From Bacteroidales bacterium (lineage in GTDB: Bacteria; Bacteroidota; Bacteroidia; Bacteroidales; UBA932), in NCBI GenBank assembly GCA_017427385.1, contig JAFRSW010000011.1, positions 94,519 through 158,518 on the forward strand: a DNA stretch of 64,000 nt. Direction: 5' to 3'. A program made the position numbers and the translations under genes. A model generated the notes under the pieces. That model saw nothing but the letters and a program-made list of their open reading frames with translations, was not told the origin of the DNA and searched no databases. Of the stretch, positions 8,344 to 18,800 are shown piece by piece. Within the stretch, counting starts at the first letter, position 1. Each line of letters starts with the position of its first letter.

Positions 8344-9185
8344 TGCTCAGACTTTTCTACGACCATGCGGCCATCGGTTTTGTACTCAAAGGGCTTCCCT
8401 GCAGCGGTAAGTGCACGGATATCGGCAAGGACTGCATCTCCGATCTTGACGTCGGAAATAACATAATCCACGGCCCCGCGTGCAAGCTTATAGCCATCTC
8501 CGCCGTCAAGCAGGAAATCTATCGTGGCCAGTCCATAATACTTGGAATCATCCAGAGGCTCTCCTCCGATTTCGGCGCTCACAAGTTTCTTGTCCCTTAT
8601 CACGATGCGGGCGTTGGAAACGCACTGAGGCCTGGTTTCCGCCATATACTCGAACACCTTCCGAAGCTCGCTCCCGGGCACTTTTACATAACAGAGATAA
8701 TTGGCGAATGGCAACATGGAAACAATATCGTCCAGCAACACGTCACCTGCAGGAACATCCACCCTGATTCCGCCCGTATTCGTGAAAGCAAGGTCCACCT
8801 TCCGGCCGGAAGGTGCAACGAGCTTGCTGACATCCTCGAACAGCCTGTCAACGATGAAATTGTTGAGATTGCTCTCGGGCGTACGTCTGATGAGGGGCTC
8901 GGGGGCATAGGCCACGACCTCTTTAAGACGGGCCATGGCAGGCTGCACGTCAATCAACAGCGAAGCCACTTCCGGAGTAGATCCGGATGTAAACGTCTTA
9001 CCGTTTGGAGCAGTATAAACACTGTCTTCCACCACACCCAGAGCCTCCGGCACATTGGTGGCCGTAGGGGTGGTAACGCCCGTGCGATGACCGTCTATAG
9101 TAAAAGATTTCCACTTGTAGCAGTGGCCGCAGGAACACAGCAGGACTATGCCCGCGATTGCAAGAATTACTTTTGTTTTAACCAT
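8340..9185 (-). CDS. 5'-nucleotidase C-terminal substrate-binding domain lipoprotein
   Basis: ESNLNNF, NTGGIR, MLPFAN and TIDFLLDGGDGY motifs; lipobox LCSC. Start chosen at MVKTK. Confidence 0.85.
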   Translation of the reverse strand: MVKTKVILAIAGIVLLCSCGHCYKWKSFTIDGHRTGVTTPTATNVPEALGVVEDSVYTAPNGKTFTSGSTPEVASLLIDVQPAMARLKEVVAYAPEPLIRRTPESNLNNFIVDRLFEDVSKLVAPSGRKVDLAFTNTGGIRVDVPAGDVLLDDIVSMLPFANYLCYVKVPGSELRKVFEYMAETRPQCVSNARIVIRDKKLVSAEIGGEPLDDSKYYGLATIDFLLDGGDGYKLARGAVDYVISDVKIGDAVLADIRALTAAGKPFEYKTDGRMVVEKSEQ

Positions 9186-10504
9186 TTCCAAAGATCCCCC
9201 CAACTGGATTTCTTACCGAACATAAGAATGCCGGCCTTATAAATCTTAGCGGATGCCCAGGCCATCAGAACGAATGTCGCCAGGAGCACCAGCACCGAAA
9301 CCAGGATCTCCCATACCGGCACACCGTATGGTATGCGCGCTATCATTACGATGGGTGATGTGAAAGGTATCATCGATCCCCAGAACACGACTCCGCTCTC
9401 AGGATTCTTGAACGCGAAGAATACGATGAAGAAACCAAGCATGAGAGGAATCGTGACGGGCAGCTGGAGCTGCTGGGAATCAGCCTCGTTCTCCACCGCG
9501 GAACCGATTGCAGCATACATGGATGCATACAACAGATATCCAAGCACGAAGTAAATGAGGAAGCTCACGATCATGGTTCCCCATGGAATATGGGACAGCG
9601 TGGTGAAGATAACGGACACCTCGCTGTTCTGCGTCATCGCAGCCATATCCATGCCTCCCATTCCCGTCTGTGTCATGCTCATCATATCCGTAGAAGAGAC
9701 CATGCCGCTAAGCCCGAAGATGGCATTGGCACCGAGGACAAGAATAAGGGTGAGGATAATCCAAAGCAGGAACTGCGTAAGGGCGACCAGTGCTATGCCG
9801 ATGATCTTGCCGAACATCAGTTCAGTGGCCTTGACGCTGGAAACGAGCACCTCCACGACGCGGGAGCTCTTTTCTTCGATTACCGAAGACATCACAGATG
9901 CACCGAACATAGCGATGAACATGTAAATCATCATGCCCAGGACCATGGAGATGACCATGTAGATACCGGATTCAGACACCGTGGCGTTTCCTTTCTCGTC
10001 CAGTGTGAACTCGTTGACCTTGACGTTGGCCTTCACATCCTTCATAATCTGATCCAGACCACTTATCTCATAGGTGCTTATCCTGTATTGCTCCACGGCC
10101 TTGTTGGCCTTGCTCTTGATATTCTCGCTGAAATCCACCCCTGCAGGCTTCTTGCTGTAGGTCTGCACGCTCACGCTCTTGACGGAATCCAGCTGAGAGA
10201 CCACTACCAGCACGTCGAATCCCCTGTCTTTCAACTGGTTCTTAAGTTCCGTGGGATCCTCGCCGGTGCAATCTGTAAACTCAGCAGACTCGGTGTTCTC
10301 GAAGTATGGTATAACGATGCCGGAATAATCTACCACAGCCACCTTCTGGCTCTTTTCCTTCACATTCATCATCAGGATGCTGGGAAGTATGCAGATGGCG
10401 GCGAATAGGATGGGCACCACAAAGGTGGTGATGAGAAAACTCTTTTTCTTAACCTTATTGAGGTATTCCCGGGTAATGACTATACCAGTTTTCTGCAGAT
10501 TCAT
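9167..10504 (-). CDS. ABC-2 type exporter permease (NatB-like)
   Basis: SVIEEKSSRVVEVLVSS, GKIIG and multiple TM helices. Confidence 0.9.
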   Translation of the reverse strand: MNLQKTGIVITREYLNKVKKKSFLITTFVVPILFAAICILPSILMMNVKEKSQKVAVVDYSGIVIPYFENTESAEFTDCTGEDPTELKNQLKDRGFDVLVVVSQLDSVKSVSVQTYSKKPAGVDFSENIKSKANKAVEQYRISTYEISGLDQIMKDVKANVKVNEFTLDEKGNATVSESGIYMVISMVLGMMIYMFIAMFGASVMSSVIEEKSSRVVEVLVSSVKATELMFGKIIGIALVALTQFLLWIILTLILVLGANAIFGLSGMVSSTDMMSMTQTGMGGMDMAAMTQNSEVSVIFTTLSHIPWGTMIVSFLIYFVLGYLLYASMYAAIGSAVENEADSQQLQLPVTIPLMLGFFIVFFAFKNPESGVVFWGSMIPFTSPIVMIARIPYGVPVWEILVSVLVLLATFVLMAWASAKIYKAGILMFGKKSSWGDLWKWLKQK

Positions 10505-11367
10505 TTTTCTCCGGCCTCCTCTCCGGTAACCAGTTTGATAAAGATATCGTTCATCCTGGGCATAAGTTCCTTGTAGGAATTTACGGTGACGCCCTTGTCG
10601 ATGTACGACTGGAGCACGTCGTTGCCCGCCTTCTCGCGGGAGACAACCTCGGTGTGACGGCCGTCAGCATCGGTGTACTCTATTTCGATATTGTTATTCC
10701 CGTATTCACGGCGGATGTGGTCTACCCCACCAGTGATGACGAGCTTGCTCTTGTTGATCAGGGCGATATTGTCGCAGAGTTCCTCTACGCTTTCCATGTT
10801 ATGGGTGGAAAGGATGATGGTCGCCCCTTCCTCCTTCAGCCTAAGTATCTCCTTCCGGATGAGGTCTGCGTTCACCGGGTCGAAGCCGCTGAAAGGCTCG
10901 TCCAGAATCATCAGCGAAGGCTTGTGCACCACAGTGGTGATGAACTGGAGCTTCTGGGCCATGCCCTTGGACAGCTCTTCCACCTTCTTTCCCCACCAGT
11001 CCTGGATGCCGAAGCGGATGAACCATTCCTTGAGGGCCTTCTGAGCGGCGGAAGCGCTCATTCCCTTGAGCTGAGCCAGATACATCGCCTGGTCGCCGAC
11101 CTTCATCTTGCGGTAGAGGCCGCGCTCCTCAGGCATATATCCTATTTTCTCGACGTCCGCCTGGGTGATTGGAGCGCCCTTGAAAAGGATCTCTCCCCCG
11201 TTGGGGATGGTAATACGGTTGATGATGCGGATCAGAGTGGTCTTACCGGCTCCGTTCGGGCCTAGCAGACCGAAGATACCGCCTTCGGGGATGGAGAGGC
11301 TGACATGGTCCAGCGCTACCTTTTCCCCGAAACTTTTACAGACTTCCCTGCATTCTATTATTGCCAT
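10501..11367 (-). CDS. ABC transporter ATP-binding protein (NatA-like)
   Basis: Walker A GPNGAGKT, signature LSKGM, Walker B ILDEP. Confidence 0.93.
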   Translation of the reverse strand: MAIIECREVCKSFGEKVALDHVSLSIPEGGIFGLLGPNGAGKTTLIRIINRITIPNGGEILFKGAPITQADVEKIGYMPEERGLYRKMKVGDQAMYLAQLKGMSASAAQKALKEWFIRFGIQDWWGKKVEELSKGMAQKLQFITTVVHKPSLMILDEPFSGFDPVNADLIRKEILRLKEEGATIILSTHNMESVEELCDNIALINKSKLVITGGVDHIRREYGNNNIEIEYTDADGRHTEVVSREKAGNDVLQSYIDKGVTVNSYKELMPRMNDIFIKLVTGEEAGEK

Positions 11368-11446
11368 TGCTTATATTTTTTCTTAACCCACAAATTTAAC
11401 TTCAAGCGGGGAAAAAGCCAAATTTATTTTGTATTTTTGTGCTGAT

Positions 11447-12487
11447 ATGGCTAAATCGACCGTGAATATCGCCCAGCAGGCTACAGACATCATTAACGAT
11501 GTCCGGGCAGGGCGTTTCGCGCCGGTTTATCTGCTGATGGGTGATGAGCCATATTACCCCGAACTTGTCTGCCAGGCCGTAGTGGAGAATTGCCTGCAGG
11601 ACTTCGAGAAAGATTTCAACGAAACCATCTGCTACGGGTCAGACGTAACTGCATCCCAGATAGTCACCACCGCCAGGCGTTTCCCTATGATGGCCGAGCG
11701 CCAGCTCGTGGTCGTGAAAGAGGCCCAGCAGATGAAAGGCATCGAAGACCTTGCCGTCTATTGCAACGAGCCTCTGGATTCCACCGTGCTGGTGCTGCTC
11801 ATGCACAAGGCATCCGCCGACAGGCGCCGCGGCCTCTTCAAGGCCGTTCAGAAGAACGGTATCGTGCTCGACTCCCCCGCCATCCGGGATTATGAAATAA
11901 CAGGTTGGATAAGTTCCTATTATGCCGGACGGGGCCTTCAGATAGAGCCGCAGGCTGCCGCCCTGCTCGGGGAATCTGCCGGAACAGACCTTTCGGTGAT
12001 AGTGGCCGAGACGGAGAAACTACTGCGCAATCTCCCGGAAGGATGCACCCAGGTGCGGGTGGAAGATGTAGAGAAGAATGTGGGCATCTCCCGCCAGTTC
12101 AGTATTTTCGAACTCACCAGGGAACTGTCGCTCAAGAACTCCGCGAAAGCGCTGAAGATTGCCACCCATATCGGCACCGCCGCCAAATTTGCCATGCCCA
12201 TGGCGGTCAGCGCGCTTTATACGCATTTCTACAGATTGTTGAAATACGAAGCCGCACTCAAGCAGAACCCCCGTATGGGGCAGCAGGAGCGCGCCGTCAT
12301 CCTGGGAGTAAGTCCTTTCTTCCTCCGGGAATACGATGCCGCCGTGCGCAACTATCCCATGCCATCCGTCATGAGCATAATCTCCATGCTCTGCGAATTC
12401 GACTACCAGGGCAAGGGAGGCGACGGCGCGGCACTCCCTCCGGCCCAGCTCCTCATTGAACTGACAGCCAAGATACTGAATGCCTGA
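11447..12487 (+). CDS. holA: DNA polymerase III subunit delta
   Basis: PVYLLMGDEPYY, FPMMAERQLVVVKEAQ and GISRQFSIFEL, typical of Bacteroidota HolA. Confidence 0.9.
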   Translation: MAKSTVNIAQQATDIINDVRAGRFAPVYLLMGDEPYYPELVCQAVVENCLQDFEKDFNETICYGSDVTASQIVTTARRFPMMAERQLVVVKEAQQMKGIEDLAVYCNEPLDSTVLVLLMHKASADRRRGLFKAVQKNGIVLDSPAIRDYEITGWISSYYAGRGLQIEPQAAALLGESAGTDLSVIVAETEKLLRNLPEGCTQVRVEDVEKNVGISRQFSIFELTRELSLKNSAKALKIATHIGTAAKFAMPMAVSALYTHFYRLLKYEAALKQNPRMGQQERAVILGVSPFFLREYDAAVRNYPMPSVMSIISMLCEFDYQGKGGDGAALPPAQLLIELTAKILNA

Positions 12488-12896
12488 GACCGAGAAATAC
12501 TTCGACCCACTGCGCCGGAAATGGGTTGCCGCCACTCCAGAAGAGAGGGTGCGGCAGTGGTTCATAGGCATACTGTCCGACAAGGGCCTGGTTCCCGCCC
12601 ATATGATGATGAGCGAGGTGCCCATGAAGTACGGTCAGAAAAGCTGGAGGGCGGACATTGTGATTTATTCGAGCGACGGCACCCCGCTCGCCGTGGTGGA
12701 ATGCAAACGCCCGGATGTGGCAATCAGCGAAGCTGTGGCCGAACAGGCCCTTCGCTACACCGCAGTACAGAACGTGAAGTTCATTTTCCTCACTAACGGA
12801 AAAGAGACCTACATATATAGGAGGAACGGCAGCGGCTTCGAGCCTGCAAACACATTCCCCACATACCAGCAAATGAAAGAACTATGCCAACAGTAA
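12480..12896 (+). CDS. HsdR N-terminal-like domain protein (PD-(D/E)xK fold)
   Basis: DPLRRKWVAATPEERVRQ, RADIV, VECK, QALRY and LTNG motifs. Confidence 0.85.
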   Translation: MPETEKYFDPLRRKWVAATPEERVRQWFIGILSDKGLVPAHMMMSEVPMKYGQKSWRADIVIYSSDGTPLAVVECKRPDVAISEAVAEQALRYTAVQNVKFIFLTNGKETYIYRRNGSGFEPANTFPTYQQMKELCQQ

Positions 12897-14314
12897 CCGC
12901 ACAATACGTCCAGAAAGACATCTTCCGCATCGTGAGCCAGGTGGCCCGCGAACGCGGAGTACGTGCCTTCGTGATAGGCGGATACGTGAGGGACTGCTTC
13001 CTTGGCCGCCCGTGCAACGACATCGACATAGTCGTGGAAGGCAGCGGCATAGACTTCGCCCAGGCTGTAGGAGAAAAGACCGGCAAGACGGTATCCTATT
13101 TCAAGAACTTCGGCACCGCCATGCTTCACTACGAAGGGGATGAAATCGAGTTCGTGGGTGCACGCAAGGAATCCTACCGTCGAGAATCCCGCAATCCCAT
13201 TGTGGAGAACGGCACCCTCCGGGACGACCAGCTCCGACGGGACTTTACCATCAACGCGATGGCATTCTCCCTTCAGGAAGATGACTACGGTGCACTCGTG
13301 GATCCCTTCGGCGGAATTAAGGACCTGGCCGCAGGCATCATCCGCACCCCGCTCGACCCCGACACCACCTACTCCGACGACCCTCTTCGCATGCTCAGGG
13401 CCGTGCGTTTCGCCACCAAACTGAGCACCCCGGAGCAGACCTTCACCATCGTGCCTGAATCCATCGAATCCATGCGCAGGATGGCACCGCGCATGGAGAT
13501 ACTCTCGCGGGAAAGGATTGCCGAGGAACTCAACAAGATGCTGCTCTGTCCCAGGCCTTCCATGGCATTCTACCTTATGGACGAGGCCGGGCTACTGCAG
13601 GGTATCCTTCCGCAGATATCCGCCCTCAAGGGCGTGGAAACAATAGACGGACGCGGGCATAAGGATATCTTCACCCATACCCTGGCGGTGCTGGACAATG
13701 TCGCCGCCGTTTCCGACAACCTGTGGCTGCGCTGGGCTGCCCTCCTGCACGATGTGGGCAAGGCCGTCGTTAAGAAATACGACCCCAGGCTCGGCTGGAC
13801 CTTCCACGGGCACGACGTGGTGGGCTCGAAGATGGTTCCCAAGATATTCGCATCACTCAAACTCCCTCTGGACGACAAGCTCAAGTATGTGAAGAAGCTG
13901 GTGTGGCTGCACATGCGTCCCATCGCTCTGGTAGATGATGAAGTCACCGATTCCGCAGTCCGCAGGATGCTCTTTGACGCCGGCGACGACATCGACGACC
14001 TGATGACCCTTGCAGGTGCCGACATAACCTCAAAGAATCCGGTCAAGGTCGCCCGCATACGTGCCAACTTCGAGCTGGTGAAGCAGAAATTGGTGGAGGT
14101 GGAAGAGAAGGATGCACTGCGCAACTTCAAGAATCCAATCTCCGGCGACTATATCATGGAAGTGTACGGCATCGAACCATGCAATACCATCGGCCAGTTG
14201 AAGGATGTCATCAAGGAAGCCATTCTCGAGGGGGAGATTGGAAACAATTTCGAGGAAGCCGATGCGCTGATGCGCAAGCTGGCACCCGAATTCGGACTCA
14301 CCCAGTGCAAATAG
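12884..14314 (+). CDS. cca: CCA-adding tRNA nucleotidyltransferase with HD domain
   Basis: IGGYVRD..DIDI, RRDFTINA, DDPLRMLRA and LLHDVGK motifs. Confidence 0.88.
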   Translation: MPTVTAQYVQKDIFRIVSQVARERGVRAFVIGGYVRDCFLGRPCNDIDIVVEGSGIDFAQAVGEKTGKTVSYFKNFGTAMLHYEGDEIEFVGARKESYRRESRNPIVENGTLRDDQLRRDFTINAMAFSLQEDDYGALVDPFGGIKDLAAGIIRTPLDPDTTYSDDPLRMLRAVRFATKLSTPEQTFTIVPESIESMRRMAPRMEILSRERIAEELNKMLLCPRPSMAFYLMDEAGLLQGILPQISALKGVETIDGRGHKDIFTHTLAVLDNVAAVSDNLWLRWAALLHDVGKAVVKKYDPRLGWTFHGHDVVGSKMVPKIFASLKLPLDDKLKYVKKLVWLHMRPIALVDDEVTDSAVRRMLFDAGDDIDDLMTLAGADITSKNPVKVARIRANFELVKQKLVEVEEKDALRNFKNPISGDYIMEVYGIEPCNTIGQLKDVIKEAILEGEIGNNFEEADALMRKLAPEFGLTQCK

Positions 14315-15279
14315 AGGAATACATAAACTATATCGCCGGCGTACGCAGGTATTCCCAGCGTACGAAAGAACTGTATTCAAACATCCTGAACGAGTATAAA
14401 CTCTATTTCGAAGGTGCCGAGCCCCGTTTCACCCCCACGGACATACGAAACTATGAAGTGCACCTCCTGGACGAAAAGAAGGAAAGCGCCCGCACGGTGG
14501 GGCTTCATCTGAGCGTGATAAGCGGCTATTGCAAATACCTGATGAAGAAAGGAGAACTCTCTTCCAACCCGGTCCGCATGGTCCGCAGGCCGAAAGAGGA
14601 GAAGCGTCTGCCTGTGTTTTACCGGGCCGATGCCATGAAGGATTATTTTTCCGCCACCGAATGCAATGCCGACCAGCAGGCCATGGATTTCCTTTTTTCC
14701 CTTCCTACGTCAGATCCGGTTGCCAAAGACCTCTACAGCCGCCGGCTGAGACGTCTCATCGTTTCCATGCTGTTCAGCACCGGCATCCGCCGAAGCGAAC
14801 TTATCTCCCTGGATAAAAGCTCTTTAAACCGCGGCAGGCGAACCCTTTCGGTGCTTGGCAAGGGAGACAAGATGCGGGAAATTCCAGTAACAGATTCGTT
14901 ATATGCAGAAATTTTGTTATATTTGGATGCAGCCGACTATATGTTGGGGGCAGGAAGCGGGAGCGGCACTCCCCTTCTGCGGACTTTGAAAGGCACGAGG
15001 CTCTACCCTGTCTTCGTGGACCGCTCGGTCAAAGAGGAACTTTCAGGCTCGGAAGGCTTCACCGGCAGGAAGTCACCGCATGTGCTCAGGCACACCATAG
15101 CGAGCGAACTTCTGGACGAAGGCACCGACCTGAATTCCATCAAGGAGATGTTAGGGCACAGTTCTCTCGCCGCAACACAGGTCTATACCCACAACACGAT
15201 AGAAAGGCTCAAAAAAGTGTACAACAATGCCCATCCAAGGGCAAATAAAAACGGAGGTAAAAATGGAGATCAAGATTAA
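14305..15279 (+). CDS. xerC: Tyrosine recombinase XerC
   Basis: TGIRRSEL, GKGDKMR, HVLRHT and LGHSSLAATQVYTH; lies directly upstream of hpf as in other Bacteroidota. GTG start inferred. Confidence 0.82.
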   Translation: MQIEEYINYIAGVRRYSQRTKELYSNILNEYKLYFEGAEPRFTPTDIRNYEVHLLDEKKESARTVGLHLSVISGYCKYLMKKGELSSNPVRMVRRPKEEKRLPVFYRADAMKDYFSATECNADQQAMDFLFSLPTSDPVAKDLYSRRLRRLIVSMLFSTGIRRSELISLDKSSLNRGRRTLSVLGKGDKMREIPVTDSLYAEILLYLDAADYMLGAGSGSGTPLLRTLKGTRLYPVFVDRSVKEELSGSEGFTGRKSPHVLRHTIASELLDEGTDLNSIKEMLGHSSLAATQVYTHNTIERLKKVYNNAHPRANKNGGKNGDQD

Positions 15280-15559
15280 GACTCTCAAGTTCGATGCCGA
15301 CCAGAAGCTGATCGAGTACGTCGAGAAAAAAGTTTCCAAGCTGGACAAGTTCTTCAAAGGCGCCGCAGATGTGGCCGAAGTAACGCTCTCCCTGCTTTCC
15401 GAACCCGACAACAAGCAGGCAAAGATCCAGATGCATGTCAAGGGAGACGACCTCATCATCGAAAGGAACGCTTCCACTTTCGAACAGGCAATCACCGATT
15501 GCACGGATGCCATGAAAGAGAAGCTCACCCGCAAAAAAGAGAAAACGTACGATATTTAA
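15263..15559 (+). CDS. hpf: Ribosome hibernation promoting factor / RaiA family
   Basis: MEIKIKTLKFDADQKLIEYVEKKVSKLDKFF...TFEQAI. Confidence 0.88.
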   Translation: MEIKIKTLKFDADQKLIEYVEKKVSKLDKFFKGAADVAEVTLSLLSEPDNKQAKIQMHVKGDDLIIERNASTFEQAITDCTDAMKEKLTRKKEKTYDI

Positions 15560-15588
15560 AAAATATCCGTATATTTGCAGTCCCAAAA

Positions 15589-15676
15589 GGAAAGATGCTC
15601 GAGTGGCTGAAGAGGCGCGTCTGGAAAGCGCGTGGCCGCCCAAAGCGGCTCCAGGGTTCGAATCCCTGTCTTTCCG
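15589..15676 (+). tRNA. tRNA-Ser (GGA)
   Basis: GGAAAGA acceptor stem, anticodon loop CTGGAAA, long variable arm, GGTTCGAATCC. TATATTTG promoter at 15570-15577. Confidence 0.95.
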
Positions 15677-15693
15677 CGTCATGCAATAATGTT

Positions 15694-15727
15694 CAAATCC
15701 CGCACCTGATGCGGGGTTTGTTTTTTT
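15694..15727 (+). terminator. Intrinsic terminator after tRNA-Ser
   Basis: CAAATCCCGCA-N5-TGCGGGGTTTG followed by T7. Confidence 0.8.
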
Positions 15728-15741
15728 ATTGCGTCCACCCG

Positions 15742-15785
15742 AATAATCAAAGATTATTTTCATTATATTTGTTCCATATTGAACA
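15742..15785 (+). promoter_or_regulatory. PUL promoter with two flanking palindromes (candidate operators)
   Basis: TATATTTG -7 box at 15764-15771; AATAATC-N3-GATTATT (15742-15758); TGTTC-N6-GAACA (15770-15785). Confidence 0.55.
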
Positions 15786-15843
15786 CATATATTTTAACAC
15801 ACATAACTATTCACTAACAATTACAAACCGTAATTAAAACTCT

Positions 15844-18800
15844 ATGAGAACCAAATTCAATCTATTGATGCTGGTATTCCTGGTGCTTTCGGTTTCGGCA
15901 TTCGCCCAGACAGGTGGCAAAACCACAGTCTCGGGTAAGGTAGTCGACGAGCAAGGATTACCGGTCATCGGTGCTGGTGTCATGCAGGAAGGAACCACTA
16001 CGGGCGTAGCCACCGACATCAACGGTAACTACACCATCACGGTTCCCTCCAACGCCAACCTGTCTGTCCAGAGCATCGGTTACAAGACGGCTTCCATTCC
16101 CGTCAACGGCCGCGCCAAGATAGACATCACTCTCACACCCGACTCACAGCTTCTCGACGAGATAGTCGTGGTCGGTTACGGTACACAGAAGAAGGCCAAC
16201 CTTACCGGTGCTGTAGACCAGGTCGGCGAGGAAGCCTTTGAAGGACGTCCGAACGCCAATCTGGCGCAGATGCTCCAGGGCCGCGTCGCCAACCTGAACC
16301 TCAAGTTCACGGACGGCCGTCCGAACTCATCCCCTTCTTTCAACATCCGTGGTAAAACCTCTATCGGACAGGGCGGCAGCGCGCTCGTGCTCATCGACGG
16401 CGTCGAGGGCAACGCCAGCCTCCTCAACCCTAACGATATCGAGAGCGTTTCCGTGCTGAAGGATGCAGCATCCTCCGCAATCTACGGATCCCGCGCACCT
16501 TACGGCGTGGTGCTCATCACCACCAAGAGCGCGAAGAAGGGCACAGCAACCGTCACCTACCAGACCAACCTCTCGTTCGAAACCCCTACCGCCATGCCTG
16601 ACGTGGTTTCCGATGGTTACACCTGGGCAAAGCACTTCTACGATTCCTGGTACAACTACAAGGGCAGCAACCCCACCGCCATCAACAAGACCATGGAATT
16701 CTCCACGGCATGGTTGGAGGAATACCGCCTGAGGGCCGAAGCCGGCAACTACGAGACCCTGGTCTCAGACGGCTCCATCGGCACGAAGGGCCGCTGGCTC
16801 TACTATCATAAAGGCACCGACTACTACGATGCCCTCTACAAGGACTACACCTTCACCCAGACCCACAACCTTTCTGTTTCCGGAGCGGACGACAAGTTCG
16901 ACTACTACGTATCCGCCCGTCTCTACGACAACAACGGTCTGTTCGACAGCGAGGTGAACCCCGACTACTACAAGATGTACAACGGCCGTGTGAAGGTAGG
17001 ATACCAGGTAACCGACTGGCTCAAGATCACCTCCAACACGAGCATCGCCTACAGCCGTTACATGATGCCTGAGACTCAGAGCGAGGGCGGCGGTAACATC
17101 TGGCGTAACATCGCCGATGAAGGCCACCCCTGCTCCCCTATCGTCAACCCGGACGGAACCCTTTCCTATAGCGGTGTGTATTCCGTCGGTGACATCCTCT
17201 ATGGAACAAGTAACCGCAAGTACACCAACAGGCAGGCGGAGAACACCCTCGGCGCAAAAGCCACGTTCCTCGACAACCGCCTCCGCCTGAATGCGGACTT
17301 CACCTACAGGGCCCGTTCCTACGACACCCACGTACACCGTCTCCCCACTCCTTTCACAAGGTACGAAGGCATCACCGAGTCCCTTGCGGAAATCAAGGGT
17401 CTGGCCGACTACATCAGCGAAACCCTCCGCACCTACGACTACGTTGCCACCAACGAATACATGGAGTATGAAGACAACATCGGCAAGAGCAACTTCAAGT
17501 TCCTCCTCGGCTACAACTACGAGCGCCAGACCTACAAGGAGACCTACGCCTACAACGACGGCCTGCTCTCCCCTAACGTAGACAACCTCAACCTCGCCCT
17601 CGGCCTGGACAACAAGTCCATCACAGGAGACTATTCACAATGGCGTACCGCCGGCGCGTTCTTCCGTGTGAACTACAACTACGACGAGCGCTACCTACTC
17701 GAAATCAACGGCCGTTACGACGGTTCATCCAAGTTCCCTGCACGTCAGCGCTGGGCATTCTTCCCTTCAATCTCCGCCGGTTGGCGCCTGAGCGAAGAGC
17801 CCTGGTTCAACGTCGACAAGAATGTAGTCTCCAACATCAAGCTCCGCGGTTCCTACGGTTCCCTCGGTAACAGTAATGTCGGCGTCTATGCATACGACGA
17901 AACCTTCGACTTCAGCACGGGAACCATCATCAACGGGCAGAAGGTCCGCTACACCAGCGCCCCTTCACCTATTCCTGATTCCCTCACCTGGGAAACCGCC
18001 CAGACCCTCGACGGTGGTCTCGACCTCAGTTTCTACGGCGGACGTCTCACCTTCACTGGCGACATCTACAAACGCCGCACACTGAACATGTACACCGTAG
18101 GCCCCACCCTTCCCGACGTGTTCGGTGCTTCTTCCCCTAAGGGCAACTATGCCGAAATGACTACCCGCGGTTTTGAAATCGCACTCGGTTGGGAAGATAC
18201 CACCACCCTCGCAGGCAAGCCGTTCAAGTATGGCGTACATGCAACTCTGGCAGACTACTACTCCATCATCGACAAGTACAACAACGCCCTCAAGGCCCTC
18301 GGCGACAATGCCTACAATACAAGCTATTATGAGGGAATGAGGCTCGGTGACATCTGGGGTTACGTCTGCAACGGGCTCTATCAGAGCCAGGCTGAAATCG
18401 ATGCCGACGAGGCTGCCGCAGCAGCCGCTGGCCAGGCCCACTACAATCCCCGCATGCAGCAGACTGAAAGCTACACCGTCTATCCCGGTGACATGCGTTT
18501 CGAAGACCTTAACGGCAACGGCTACATCGACCGCGGCGCCAATACCGCAGACGATCCCGGCGACCGCAAGATCATAGGTAACAGCGAACCCCGCTACATC
18601 TATTCCTTCGGCTTCGACGTTGAATGGTCCGGCATCTATGCCAGCGCATTCTTCCAGGGAGTCGGCAAGCAGGATTGGTATCCCGACAACGAATCCTCCG
18701 CATTCTGGGGCATGTACAACCGTCCTTACAACCAGATGCCTTCCTGGCACCTGAACAACTACTGGACTGAAGACAATCCCGATGCCTATCTGCCGCGCTA

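Noticed and set aside
7546-9185. 5'-nucleotidase split into two genes, as a possible frameshifted pseudogene
   Set aside because: Each half has its own lipoprotein signal, and the split arrangement is normal in Bacteroidota.
12480-12896. HsdR N-terminal domain as a restriction system
   Set aside because: It is a stand-alone domain with no hsdM/hsdS, and it is a usual neighbour of holA in Bacteroidota.
14305-15279. Tyrosine recombinase near a tRNA, as a possible island integrase
   Set aside because: Its length, motifs and coupling to hpf match housekeeping XerC; there are no att repeats or mobile cargo.
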